NCBI GenBank assembly: GCA_964347045.1
Contig: CAYFXC010000004.1
Span: 46,465-110,464, forward strand
Origin: an uncultured archaeon
GTDB lineage: Archaea; Asgardarchaeota; Hermodarchaeia; Hermodarchaeales; Hermodarchaeaceae
DNA length: 64,000 nucleotides
Direction: 5' to 3'
Shown: positions 36,934 through 47,437 of the stretch, one piece after another
How the letters are laid out: every line of letters begins with the position of its first letter
How positions within the stretch are numbered: the stretch's first letter is position 1
Made by a program: the position numbers and the translations under genes
The notes under the pieces: generated by a model
The model's database searches: none
Told to the model about the DNA's origin: nothing
The model's input: only the letters and a program-made list of their open reading frames with translations

Positions 36934-38007
36934 TCATTCAATAACTCCTGTGTTTCGGGCAAGTCGGATAGCCGCCTCTTCAGTGAGACCATTTTCTCCT
37001 AGAATAGTATACCGTTGTGGATTGATTTTATGCGCTATTTCAAGAGCTTTGATAACATATTTTGACTCAATGCCGAGCTGTTTTGCTGTGGTTGGAGCAC
37101 GAACAGCTGATAACGCATCACGAATTTCCTGCCAGTTAATTCCATGAAGATATGCCATCATAATCGTTCCCAAGCCAGATTGTTCTCCATGCAGAGCAGG
37201 CTCGGGTGCGAGTTGATCAAGTGCATGACTGAACTTATGTTCAGCACCACTTGAAGGCCTACTTGAGCCGGCGATTCCCATTGCAATACCACTGGCAATA
37301 AGGGCTTCAAGAACAAGTCGTGCACTTTGCACATCATTGGGTTTTATCATTTGAGAATTATTGATAATAATCCTAGCGGACATAAGCGAAAGAGAAGCCG
37401 CATAGTCTCCATAATATTCATAACCCAAAGTATTAGCAAGCCTCCAATCACGTACAGCAGTGATGTTGGCAATTAAATCACCACAACCAGCTGAAGTAAA
37501 ACGGAACGGAGCCTCAGCTACAACCTTTGTATCAGCTACAATAGCTATCGGCGAATGACCCTGTATAGAAACAGATTTCCCCTTTTCTTTAATGGATGCT
37601 CGAGGACTTGAAAGTCCATCATGAGATGCTATCGTGGGTACACTAATGAAAGGCCGATTTTCACGAGCAGAACTTAACTTTGCCGTATCAATAACTGAAC
37701 CTCCACCACACCCAACAATAAGCCCTGCCTTGTGTTTTTGAATAATTTCTTGGGCTTCTTCAACGGCATTGGATGTTGCCCCCTTAATCATTAGAATCTC
37801 AACATCAAATTTATCCTCTGTTAAGGCGTTTAAAGCCCGTTTGCCCACAATGCGAAACACATCCTTATCTGTAACCAGAATTACATGTCTCGTCTCTACA
37901 ACCTGATGCACAACTTCCCCCAACAGATCAACCACATTCGGTCCAATAACAACATGTCCAGGTAATTGCATACGATGAGCATTATTCTCAACTGTCACCA
38001 GGTTCAC
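36934..38007 (-). CDS. egsA: sn-Glycerol-1-phosphate dehydrogenase (archaeal lipid backbone synthesis)
   Basis: GCGGGSVIDTAK, ISVPTIASHDGLSSPRASI, AGCGDLIANITAVRDWRLA, GAEHKFSHALD, and LHGEQSGLG match G1PDH rather than GldA. The track start is a GTG (38007); an alternative ATG at 37971 gives MQLPGHVVIG. Confidence 0.85.
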   Translation of the reverse strand: MNLVTVENNAHRMQLPGHVVIGPNVVDLLGEVVHQVVETRHVILVTDKDVFRIVGKRALNALTEDKFDVEILMIKGATSNAVEEAQEIIQKHKAGLIVGCGGGSVIDTAKLSSARENRPFISVPTIASHDGLSSPRASIKEKGKSVSIQGHSPIAIVADTKVVAEAPFRFTSAGCGDLIANITAVRDWRLANTLGYEYYGDYAASLSLMSARIIINNSQMIKPNDVQSARLVLEALIASGIAMGIAGSSRPSSGAEHKFSHALDQLAPEPALHGEQSGLGTIMMAYLHGINWQEIRDALSAVRAPTTAKQLGIESKYVIKALEIAHKINPQRYTILGENGLTEEAAIRLARNTGVIE

Positions 38008-38431
38008 CCTTCTAATCCATCGAAAAATTCCAACTAGAATGCTAATAATCTGTCATAGCGATCTTATGAGTAAAAATAACTTGCTCAAAATTTAGTACCA
38101 ATCGTTTATTGAAGTTTCTTATTTAAAACCACCTGTTGAAAAATTTAATCAAATAATAATCGGAACCGTCTATAATATTTAATGACAATTTATTTTTATA
38201 AAACATTCAAGTGAATTATATAAAAAAAATACTAAAAATTATTAAAATAAAAAAATACCATTTGTATATATCCATTGTAACACTAAAAGATTAAGAACTC
38301 CCTGAATATCTTGCAATTTCTTTTTTTTGAGTAACGGTTTTATACAAAGTGGGTACGAAGGAGTGGCGTTTGGTATACTGTTAGAAACCAGACAACACCC
38401 ATAAAAAAATCATTCATGAGTTGAATGAACA

Positions 38432-40036
38432 ATGGGAGAAGAAATCTTCGTTCGAAAAGCTTCCGGTCTTGTTCGCAATGTCAGTGCTTGGGACGCTCTA
38501 GTTATGTGCATTCTGATTCCAGGTATCTTTTGGCCTTGGGTTTATCAGATGTGGTCAGTGGGTCTTCATGGACCAGGAGCATGGATGCCTCTTTCATCGC
38601 TTATTGCTATCGCTTTCATGATCCCGAACGCCATCATGTACGTTATGTTTAGCGTCGCGATGCCTCGATCAGGTGGCGATTATGTCTGGGTAAGTCGAGT
38701 CATCCATCCCGCCGTTGGATTTGCAGTAAACTGGTATCTCACCTTGATCCTTCTTTCGTGGGCAGGACCCTTCGCATCATGGATTGTTGAATGGGGCATT
38801 TCACCCATCTGGCTTACCTGGGGAACGATGACAGGCGATCCAACAGGATTAGCTATTTTCAACGTTTTGAACATAAACGAGGTAAAACTAGCGATAGGCA
38901 CAGTGATAATCATCTTTATGGCCGTCCTCTCCTTCCTTGGATCCAAGTGGGAATTCCGAGCAGAATGGCTAGCCATTATCATGGGCTACATAGGTCTAAT
39001 GGTATGGTCTGGCGTAATGATTGCTGGAGCCCCCCTAATTGATGCCCGTATGCAGCTATTAACTGGAGGGGTCTTGTCGTTCTCAAGCATAGTGTCTACA
39101 GCTTCAGCGGCAGGCTGGGTCGTCTCGGCAGCGTTACCGGTTGGAATTGGAGTGACATTTATGGCGACAACATATACAACGTTAAACTTCCTTGGATATA
39201 CAAACTCTGCTTATATTGCTGGAGAAATCAAGGGAGTAACGCGGTCGCATATTATCGCCATTATTGGCGCACTCTTCATCTTCGGTTTCACTGCCTTTGG
39301 CCTATATGCGGTCTATAACTATTCCTTTGGTCCTGTTGTGATCAATAGCATAGCCTATCTAGACGTAGCTGGAGATCCTCTTTGGTGGAACCTATTCCCA
39401 ATAGAACCGTTAGGGAACATTCTATCAATGTTTGCCACAACGATTCCCTTTATTCCGCCGTTTCTGACGGTTTGTTTCGCTTTTGGCTGTTTTGGGGCTG
39501 CACTTGGTCTATTCATTTCAAGTGTCCGTAACATTTTCGCTTGGTCCTTTGACCGAGTACTTCCCAGTTCTCTTTCACTGGTAGACAAGCGATTCAGGGC
39601 ACCATGGGTTGCTATTCTAGTGACATTCATCATCACTATGATAATGAATATACTCTACATCTACACCACAGCACTCGATTACTTCACCTACAGCATTCTT
39701 GCCTGGTGGATTGCGATGGTCATTGTGGGCATCGCAGGAATTATCTTTCCATGGCGTAGAAAGGATATCTTCGAACTTGCTCCAGACTTTGCTAAGAAGA
39801 AAATTGCAGGTATTCCACTGATCTCGTTATTCTCATTGATTTCGATTCCAATCTCAGTTTTCATTGGATATGCTTCCGTATCTCCTGCGGTAGCAGGTGC
39901 AATTGACTGGTCATTTATGCTAGCAGTCGTTGTGACCTTCATTATCGCACCCATTATCTACTATATCAGTTACTTCTACCACAAGGCTAAGGGCATTACA
40001 ATCAGTATGGCACAGGCGGAGATTCCACCTGAGTAA
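38432..40036 (+). CDS. APC-superfamily amino acid/polyamine permease
   Basis: 534 aa with about 12-13 TM helices. The N-terminal region LVRNVSAWDA...FSVAMPRSGGDYVWVSR is typical of APC transporters. Confidence 0.75.
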   Translation: MGEEIFVRKASGLVRNVSAWDALVMCILIPGIFWPWVYQMWSVGLHGPGAWMPLSSLIAIAFMIPNAIMYVMFSVAMPRSGGDYVWVSRVIHPAVGFAVNWYLTLILLSWAGPFASWIVEWGISPIWLTWGTMTGDPTGLAIFNVLNINEVKLAIGTVIIIFMAVLSFLGSKWEFRAEWLAIIMGYIGLMVWSGVMIAGAPLIDARMQLLTGGVLSFSSIVSTASAAGWVVSAALPVGIGVTFMATTYTTLNFLGYTNSAYIAGEIKGVTRSHIIAIIGALFIFGFTAFGLYAVYNYSFGPVVINSIAYLDVAGDPLWWNLFPIEPLGNILSMFATTIPFIPPFLTVCFAFGCFGAALGLFISSVRNIFAWSFDRVLPSSLSLVDKRFRAPWVAILVTFIITMIMNILYIYTTALDYFTYSILAWWIAMVIVGIAGIIFPWRRKDIFELAPDFAKKKIAGIPLISLFSLISIPISVFIGYASVSPAVAGAIDWSFMLAVVVTFIIAPIIYYISYFYHKAKGITISMAQAEIPPE

Positions 40037-40050
40037 TCGGGTTGAATCCC

Positions 40051-40070
40051 TCCCCCCCCTTTCTTTTTTT
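40051..40070 (+). terminator. C-run followed by oligo-T tract (tcccccccctttcttttttt) just after the permease stop
   Basis: Read directly, 15-35 nt downstream of the stop at 40036. Archaeal termination commonly uses oligo-T tracts. Confidence 0.4.
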
Positions 40071-40201
40071 AGCCAATATTCAACACACTTCTAATTGTAC
40101 TGTCGACAACCACTAGTATTAATTACACAAATCGACACGAACATCCAGAAGCTTGATTATACGTAAACTCAAAAAGATAATTACGCCTAGGAAACAAGTA
40201 G

Positions 40202-41296
40202 GTGCTCACTGTGTTTGACCCATCGTATCTAGTTCGTGAGTGTGTGAAAAACTCAACTGGTTATAATGTTAGTCATTTCATACGAGCATGGTCTAACAGA
40301 GATCTGCTCCGTATGATGTCCAATGAAAACCCAATTCAGCCTTCAAAGGCGGTTATTGAGGCTATGATTCAAGAGATAGAAGAAACGAATCTTTATCCGG
40401 CCCCTCCTTCAGGACTTTGCGAACGGTTTGCTCAGCATGTGAAGATGAAACCTGAAAATATCGCTGTTTGTTCAGGTTCCATGGAGGTTATTGATGTTTT
40501 AATTCGGACATTTGTTGAACCGGGCCAAGAAGTAATAATTCATTCACCTACGTTTTCTGCTTATGAAAAGTTCGCAAATCTTCATGGTGCTAAGCTTATC
40601 TCCGTTAAAATGGATCCTCCGAATTTCGATTATCCTTTTGAAGAGATGGAGAGAAATATTACTAGGAAAACAAAAATTGTGTTTGTTTGTACGCCTAATA
40701 ACCCTACAGGTAATTATTGTGAAAAAAGAGATATTAAGAAATTAGCAAAAAATAATGTAATTATTGCTGTTGATGAAGCTTATGCAGAGTTTATCAATCA
40801 AAATATGACGGATCTTATTGCTTCGTACCGAAATGTTGTTTTCATTCGAACATTATCAAAGGCATGGGGTCTGGCTGGTTTACGAATTGGCTATCTGATG
40901 GCTGATGAAAACGTGATAGAGTATTTCAATCGGGTAAGACAACCCTTTCACATTTCAATGCCAATACAACGGGGAGTAGAAGCAGCCTTTGATGATCCTA
41001 ATTATCTCCGTGAGCGGGTTCAAGCAAATAACCAAGGCGTGAATTACATTCGAAGAGAGCTAGACAAAATTCCTGGGATAACTACGTTCCCATCCAGTGG
41101 GAATTTTGTGCTAATTAATGCTGGTGATACAGGGCATGAAACTCAAGAGATAATTGAAAAATTATTAGGGATGGGAATTTTTGCAAGGGATATGTCCAGT
41201 CACCGACTTGGAGGCGCTTATTTCCGCGTTACCGTTAGTTCAGAAGCGAATAACCAACGATTTATTGAAGCGATAAAGAAAATTCTCAAATCATAA
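40202..41296 (+). CDS. hisC: Histidinol-phosphate aminotransferase (class II aminotransferase)
   Basis: SNENP, YPAP, CSGSMEVID, PNNPTGNY, VDEAYAEF, and RTLSKAWGLAGLRIGY (PLP-Lys). GTG start. Confidence 0.8.
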   Translation: MLTVFDPSYLVRECVKNSTGYNVSHFIRAWSNRDLLRMMSNENPIQPSKAVIEAMIQEIEETNLYPAPPSGLCERFAQHVKMKPENIAVCSGSMEVIDVLIRTFVEPGQEVIIHSPTFSAYEKFANLHGAKLISVKMDPPNFDYPFEEMERNITRKTKIVFVCTPNNPTGNYCEKRDIKKLAKNNVIIAVDEAYAEFINQNMTDLIASYRNVVFIRTLSKAWGLAGLRIGYLMADENVIEYFNRVRQPFHISMPIQRGVEAAFDDPNYLRERVQANNQGVNYIRRELDKIPGITTFPSSGNFVLINAGDTGHETQEIIEKLLGMGIFARDMSSHRLGGAYFRVTVSSEANNQRFIEAIKKILKS

Positions 41297-41328
41297 GATA
41301 CTCGTTTCCTTCAAAGGGAGTAGCAATT

Positions 41329-42861
41329 ATGAGTGAAAAAGATGGTTACATAATAGCGCATGATTTTGGAACCAGTGGTGATAAGGCTGTTTTAACAGAT
41401 CTGAAAGGTAACGTACTGGCTTCAGAATACAGAGAATATCCTCTCCTTTATCCGAAAGCACATTGGGTGGAGCAAGATCCAAAAGATTGGTGGAGAGCAT
41501 TTTGTGAAACTACACAGGCAGTGGCAAAGAAAGCAAAATCTCCAGATGAAATTCTAGCATTGGCTCCGTCTGCTCAAATGATAACTATCATGCCTGTCGA
41601 CCAAAAAGGAAAACCTTTACGTAATTCAATTAATTGGCTTGATTTACGTGCTACTAAAGAAGGCGATTGGCTTCAACAATTTGTGGATGAGATTTACCCA
41701 GTTCTTGGAATGGCTCCTTCTGTAAAAGACATTGTCAGTCGAATCCTATGGATAAAAGAAAATGAGCCCCAAATTTATGCTAAAACTCACAAATTCATGG
41801 ATTGTAAAGATTATCTCGAATTGAAACTTACAGGAAATTTTGTGACAGATTGGAGCAATGCTTCACTTTATGGACTGTTTAATATAAACAAGCATAAATG
41901 GTCTGAACGAGTGTGTGAAATCACAGGGATTTCACCTGAGAAACTTCCTGACGCCTATCCCTCCACGGAAATAATAGGCGAGGTTACTCAAAAAGCAGCC
42001 AAAGAAGTTGGTGTGCCTACGGGAACTCCTGTAATTGCAACAGGAGGCGATGTTGCGGTTGCGGCTATTGGGTCAGGATCCGTCAAGGAGGGGGATAGTC
42101 ATGTTTGCATTGGAACAGCTACGTGGATAGGAGTAACAACAAAAGAAGTCATAATAGATCCACAAAAACGATACCTCACTATGTGCTCGGGAGATCCTAA
42201 AAAGAAAATTCTCATGGGTGAAATGGAAACAGGAGGAGCCGCGTTACGCTGGCTACGAGACATGTTGAGAAGAACCCTTAATTTACCTAATCCCGAAGCG
42301 CTTTCATATTCGACCATGGATAAATGGGCAACCAAAGTGCCTCCTGGCTCTGATCAATTATTATTTACGCCGTGGATGTCAGGAGAGCGTTCTCCCCTTA
42401 ACGACCATAATGCTCGAGGAACCTATTTGGGACTTAAGCTTGGCCATACAGCCGGTCATTTAATTCGTGCGATTCTTGAGGGAGTTGCTTTTAACATCAG
42501 ATGGATCCTTGATTCAGTCGAGGAAACCGCTCCCTTCCACATTCAAGATATTTCTGGCGTTGGTGGAGGAGCAGCAAGTAAACTATGGATGCAGATTATA
42601 TCAAATGTTACTGGTCGAAAAATACGAATTGTAAAGGAACCCCTAAACGCGGGTTCAATCGGAGCATCCTTAACTGCAGCTGTTGCATTAGATGTGTTCC
42701 CAGATTTCGAATCACTGTTAGAAGTAATTCCAATCAAAACCCAAATACAATGTAAACAGGATGCATATTACATATATTCACAACTCTTTCCCATCTATAA
42801 AGAAGCCTATAAACAATTATCTCCAATCTTTAACAGGCTCGCAGAATTAGATAAACATTAG
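41329..42861 (+). CDS. FGGY-family carbohydrate kinase (xylulokinase/gluconokinase-like), second copy in the window
   Basis: IIAHDFGTSGDKAVL, HWVEQDPKDWW, ATGGDVAVAAIGSG, and GVGGGAASKLWMQIISNVTG. Confidence 0.8.
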   Translation: MSEKDGYIIAHDFGTSGDKAVLTDLKGNVLASEYREYPLLYPKAHWVEQDPKDWWRAFCETTQAVAKKAKSPDEILALAPSAQMITIMPVDQKGKPLRNSINWLDLRATKEGDWLQQFVDEIYPVLGMAPSVKDIVSRILWIKENEPQIYAKTHKFMDCKDYLELKLTGNFVTDWSNASLYGLFNINKHKWSERVCEITGISPEKLPDAYPSTEIIGEVTQKAAKEVGVPTGTPVIATGGDVAVAAIGSGSVKEGDSHVCIGTATWIGVTTKEVIIDPQKRYLTMCSGDPKKKILMGEMETGGAALRWLRDMLRRTLNLPNPEALSYSTMDKWATKVPPGSDQLLFTPWMSGERSPLNDHNARGTYLGLKLGHTAGHLIRAILEGVAFNIRWILDSVEETAPFHIQDISGVGGGAASKLWMQIISNVTGRKIRIVKEPLNAGSIGASLTAAVALDVFPDFESLLEVIPIKTQIQCKQDAYYIYSQLFPIYKEAYKQLSPIFNRLAELDKH

Positions 42862-42916
42862 GATATAAAACATAGTAAAAACATTTGTACCAAAAATATG
42901 AGGATGATATATTTCG

Positions 42917-43783
42917 ATGAATGAATCTCCAAAAGCCCCGATGTCTGATAAAGAATTTCTGAAAGAAGCCATCCACATCGTCGATCAAGCCGAGGAATAC
43001 GGCGTTACAATTCGCATTTTAGGAGCTTTAGCTATCAGAATGCAAACGCCAAATAAAATTGGTTTACATCATACACTAGATAGGCTTGGAGAAGGAAAGA
43101 TGAGCTTCACGGATATTGACTTAATTGGTCCAAAGTCTCAAAGACGAAAAATCGAGAATTTCTTTGAGAAAGAATTAGGATTCGAAGTTGATCGGTATGC
43201 ATTACTTGCAGCGAAAGACCGCTACATTTACCATCATCCTCAAAAGCCATATCATGTAGATGTTTTTTTAGACTGTTTAGACTTCAGCCATAAAATTCAA
43301 TTCGCACATAAAAATGACTTTCATCGATTGAGTCTTGATAAACCCACAATAACCTTAGCAGATCTTGTTTTAGAAAAGACTCAAATTCATGATATTAATG
43401 AAAAAGATATCAAAGACCTCATCACATTATTTGCTGGTCATGAAGTGGGGACAACAGATAAGGATCCAAAAACAATCAATGAAATCTACATAGCCGAAGT
43501 CCTGTCCGATGATTGGGGATTTTGGTATGATGCAACGGCGAATTTAAGAAAGGCATTGGAGTTCTGTAAGAAATATTGTGCAGAAGAACTCATTGAAAAA
43601 AATGAAAGTAATACTGTAGTTGCTAAAATCGAAGAATTATTGAAAACTATTGATGAGCACCCAAAGACGAAAAACTGGGAAAAACGTGCAAAAAAGGGAA
43701 CAAGTAAAAAATGGTGGAAGGATGTCGAAGAATCGGATCGGGGAGCAGACCAACACACCATAAAAAGAGATAGTTGGTTCTAA
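42917..43783 (+). CDS. Hypothetical protein, possibly nucleotidyltransferase-fold
   Basis: 288 aa. Weak NTase-like pattern (RILGALAIRM ... FTDIDLIG) and a Lys-rich C-terminus. A T7 run (43815-43821) follows the stop. Confidence 0.35.
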   Translation: MNESPKAPMSDKEFLKEAIHIVDQAEEYGVTIRILGALAIRMQTPNKIGLHHTLDRLGEGKMSFTDIDLIGPKSQRRKIENFFEKELGFEVDRYALLAAKDRYIYHHPQKPYHVDVFLDCLDFSHKIQFAHKNDFHRLSLDKPTITLADLVLEKTQIHDINEKDIKDLITLFAGHEVGTTDKDPKTINEIYIAEVLSDDWGFWYDATANLRKALEFCKKYCAEELIEKNESNTVVAKIEELLKTIDEHPKTKNWEKRAKKGTSKKWWKDVEESDRGADQHTIKRDSWF

Positions 43784-43825
43784 CCACAAAGAGTCCAATT
43801 TTGTAAGGTTAGTCTTTTTTTCAAC

Positions 43826-44470
43826 TTTGCGTTTGATTTCACCAAATTTAACAAGTGCGCATATGGCTTTTACGGCTCTCGCAGGAGTAGGAAGGGCAGG
43901 AAATCCCACATTTTCAAGAAGTTCTCCACCTTTCATAGTGTACCGTCCACCAGCCGTACAAGCTACGAGTGGTTTGTTATATTTACGAATAATCGCAACA
44001 AGTCGATCTACAATATCGAGATCTAGTAAAGCTATTTGTATCATTACAACTACAATGGCTGCATCATTATGATCTAATCCTAAAAGTGCATCTAGAGCAA
44101 TTTGATACCTTTTCGCATCTATTTCATCTGTGAGGTCAATAGGATTATCTACACTGCAATGGCCGGAAACGCCTCGCATAGAAGCCTTTTCGTGTCTTCA
44201 GGAGGTTAAGGGACGGACAAGCCAAGTTCCCTACAGGTATCCACGGTCACCACACCAGTGCCACCAAATGTCCGCCACGATGAGTATGCAATTACCTTTA
44301 GTAATTGGTTGATCAGCCAAGGTCTCTGTCATTTCAAATCCATCTTCGAAGTCGGTAGCAATGATTATTCCGGTCTGATGAAAAGCAGAATCATAAAGCC
44401 GGGCATCACCAGCCAAAGCCGCCGTATGACTTGCAACTGCTGCCGATCCTCGTTTAGATCGATTTGATTT
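43826..44470 (-). pseudogene. Decayed remnant of an ADP-forming acetyl/acyl-CoA synthetase alpha subunit (C-terminal about 40% only)
   Basis: Homology is spread over three frames. Frame A: SAAVASHTAALAGDARLYDSAFHQTGIIIATDFEDGFEMTETLADQPITKGNCILIV. Frame B: TFGGTGVVTVDTCRELGLSVP-TAA(44206-44208)-PPEDTKRLLCEAFPAIA. Frame C: SVDNPIDLTDEIDAKRYQIALDALL...KPLVACTAGG...GFPALPTPARAVKAICAL. The N-terminal CoA-binding half is absent; the reading frame only opens about 30 nt below the neighbouring gene's stop. Confidence 0.7.
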
Positions 44471-44503
44471 TTTTACTATTACTAGTTGGCTAACTCAAAG
44501 AAT

Positions 44504-45034
44504 CTAGGCATCGATAAGAATCCGAAGGAGTTCGACGCTGAAGTACCCTTTTGCACGGAGAACGTCTAAAGGCGTGTGGAATTTAATTGTTACAAATGAA
44601 GCCACACCTGTGGCACCAACAATTTTTTTGTAAACCTTCTTAAAATCGGCTAGGGTTGAAGTCATGGCTAAAACTCCGGCAGCTTCGTCAGATATTCGAA
44701 TGAAGACATCCGATTGGACACTCCTTTCCAGTGATAATCCCATAGGTTGAACACCTTCCTTCTTTAGAAGAACCGGTTCACCTCCAACAATAAGCTGTAG
44801 CCGAGTATCATTCAATGCCTTCGTTTTTGCACTAATGTCAGGAGTGGCTAAAAGGTCTCCGAGCCGCTGAATAAAAGCATTAACCGGATCAGTCAACGAA
44901 ACTAGCGTACTTTCCGGTAATGTTGACTTCTCAGGTGGAAGAGGAGTTTTGATGTCAGGCGTCAAATCTTCCTCTTTGGGTTCTTCAGGCGATTTTTCAA
45001 TTTCATCCTGTTTTCTTCGTTTAAACCAGCGCAT
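44504..45034 (-). CDS. Hypothetical protein (charged, Pro-rich N-terminus; possibly SCP2-like C-domain)
   Basis: 176 aa. No firm motif; the C-terminal half (LQLIVGGEPVLL...FIRISDEAAGVL...LADFKKVYKK) loosely resembles SCP2-type folds. Confidence 0.4.
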   Translation of the reverse strand: MRWFKRRKQDEIEKSPEEPKEEDLTPDIKTPLPPEKSTLPESTLVSLTDPVNAFIQRLGDLLATPDISAKTKALNDTRLQLIVGGEPVLLKKEGVQPMGLSLERSVQSDVFIRISDEAAGVLAMTSTLADFKKVYKKIVGATGVASFVTIKFHTPLDVLRAKGYFSVELLRILIDA

Positions 45035-45212
45035 TGTTTTTCACTCCAACCAGACTTTGAATGTGTTGTTGCATAGTTGGAAGGCATTAGAAGCCATAAA
45101 AGCATACCGAAGCAAATTCAGGAAATGATGCCGAAGAATAGAAAAACGTAGAATCACGCAAAAGGAGGTGCTTTATATCAGCTCTTATCGCAATAGCCAA
45201 TGGTGACTAGCT

Positions 45213-45509
45213 ATGACGAAAGTAACTGAAATTGTCCACTTCTTCGAACAAAAAATCTCATCAATACTTACCGTAGATGGTTTCCCACCAGAAACGAAAA
45301 AGGATCGCTTTGTAAAGGAAGGAGGATTTTTCGTTCGTGTGGCTGATGGTGATGGGAATGCGCAAACCATCAAATTAAGCGATACGGAAATGACCGCCCT
45401 TATTCAGGACATAAAAATTGCATTGAAGAATCATCGACACCAAAAACTTAAACTATATGCAGAAATCGATGAGCGCCAACGCTCGGTGTCTTCGAAAGAT
45501 AGCGAATGA
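45213..45509 (+). CDS. Hypothetical small protein
   Basis: 98-aa ORF with an ATG start in an otherwise unassigned gap. No recognisable motif. Confidence 0.35.
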   Translation: MTKVTEIVHFFEQKISSILTVDGFPPETKKDRFVKEGGFFVRVADGDGNAQTIKLSDTEMTALIQDIKIALKNHRHQKLKLYAEIDERQRSVSSKDSE

Positions 45510-45517
45510 TATCTCAC

Positions 45518-46237
<720 letters not shown>

Positions 46238-46348
46238 CTAAACGTATAATCTTTACCCCCAAATCAAGCACAATACATGTCATCAATCTGGTTCAAGTAA
46301 CACCCATACACTTTTAGTCAGAACCAAAAGGGAAGGACTACCAACCAC

Positions 46349-46759
46349 ATGGAAGTGATGGAATTGTCAACAAACCAACAAATGATAGAAGAACTAAAGC
46401 AAATTAGAAAAGCCCTGGTCCCACCTCCTCCACCTCCGCCGGAAAAGAAAAACCTTTGGCAAGAATTCAAAGAATTTCTAGATCAATACAAAGTCATGGG
46501 TCTGGCTGTAGCCTTCATAATGGGCCTGTATCTTGGCAGACTGGTACAATCCTTAGTTACAGCCTGGATCACACCAATTATCAACATCACCTTATTATCT
46601 ATAGGTTTACTTTCGCCAGATCAGGTGACACTGAATCCAAGTGCATATCCACTATTTTTCAATCCAGCCCTCTTTATCAGTGAGCTAATTACCTTTATTA
46701 TCGTAGCATTTGTCATTTTCATCCTCGTAAAATTCACAAAGCGTCTTGGAATAAAATAG
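46349..46759 (+). CDS. mscL: Large-conductance mechanosensitive channel (MscL-like)
   Basis: EFKEFLDQYKVMGLAVAFIMGLYLGRLVQSLVTAWITPII fits the MscL TM1 pattern, with a second TM near the C-terminus. Confidence 0.55.
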   Translation: MEVMELSTNQQMIEELKQIRKALVPPPPPPPEKKNLWQEFKEFLDQYKVMGLAVAFIMGLYLGRLVQSLVTAWITPIINITLLSIGLLSPDQVTLNPSAYPLFFNPALFISELITFIIVAFVIFILVKFTKRLGIK

Positions 46760-46849
46760 GTTGATTACCTATTTGGTAATTCTAACCAAGATTACTTGAC
46801 CCTCTATGAGGTTCTGCAGTATTAGTTTAGTGGACACTGTAACAGATTC

Positions 46850-47371
46850 TCATTCTCTCAATAAAAATTCCCAAGCACACCACCATTCATCAGGGTGTGG
46901 GTCGGGTGGACAGCCAAGACAGCGTGTCACAATTCGAGGATCAATGGTTTTGGCGAATTCGGAATACTCAACAAGACCCACTGATTTACAGGGAAAATCA
47001 GCCAATCCTTTCCGTTTTCGAGCATCTTGGACACGACATTGCTCCATACGGAAAACAAATCGAGTCTCGTCGATGTCTTCAATTGATTGTTTATTCAACC
47101 GAGCATAGACTCGATATTGTAAAGCTTTTTTCAATCCCATCAAACCAGAATTATTTGGAATTGCCATTTCCTTCATGATTCGCTTAGCTTCAATAGGTGA
47201 AAACCGCCGCCACGATTCAGCATCTAGTTCAATTGCCGTTTCGATATCAAATTTTTGCTCAGCCGCTAGAAACCATGTACCATCGATAGCGAGCCAATTC
47301 TTGGCATACATATCAATGATTTTTAGCAGATCTTTGCGAGAGAGTTTTTCAAAAATAACTTGATAAGACAA
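46850..47371 (-). CDS. Conserved hypothetical cytosolic protein with C-terminal Cys pairs
   Basis: 173 aa. Motifs WLAIDGTWFL and a late C...C...CLGCPPDPHPDEWWC. I cannot name the family with confidence. Confidence 0.4.
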   Translation of the reverse strand: MSYQVIFEKLSRKDLLKIIDMYAKNWLAIDGTWFLAAEQKFDIETAIELDAESWRRFSPIEAKRIMKEMAIPNNSGLMGLKKALQYRVYARLNKQSIEDIDETRFVFRMEQCRVQDARKRKGLADFPCKSVGLVEYSEFAKTIDPRIVTRCLGCPPDPHPDEWWCAWEFLLRE

Positions 47372-47437
47372 AAAAGCGTGGCCTCCGCTAACTCCTTTGC
47401 TACGCCGTTATTTTAGTCTAGCTCGTACTCGCGATGA

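Noticed and set aside
38008-38431. Very AT-rich 420-nt intergenic region (for example the uninterrupted A/T run around 38215-38258), considered as a replication origin
   Set aside because: I found no repeated ORB-like boxes or inverted repeats, and no orc1/cdc6 gene is adjacent. The region separates divergent genes (egsA and the APC permease), so divergent promoters are the simpler explanation.
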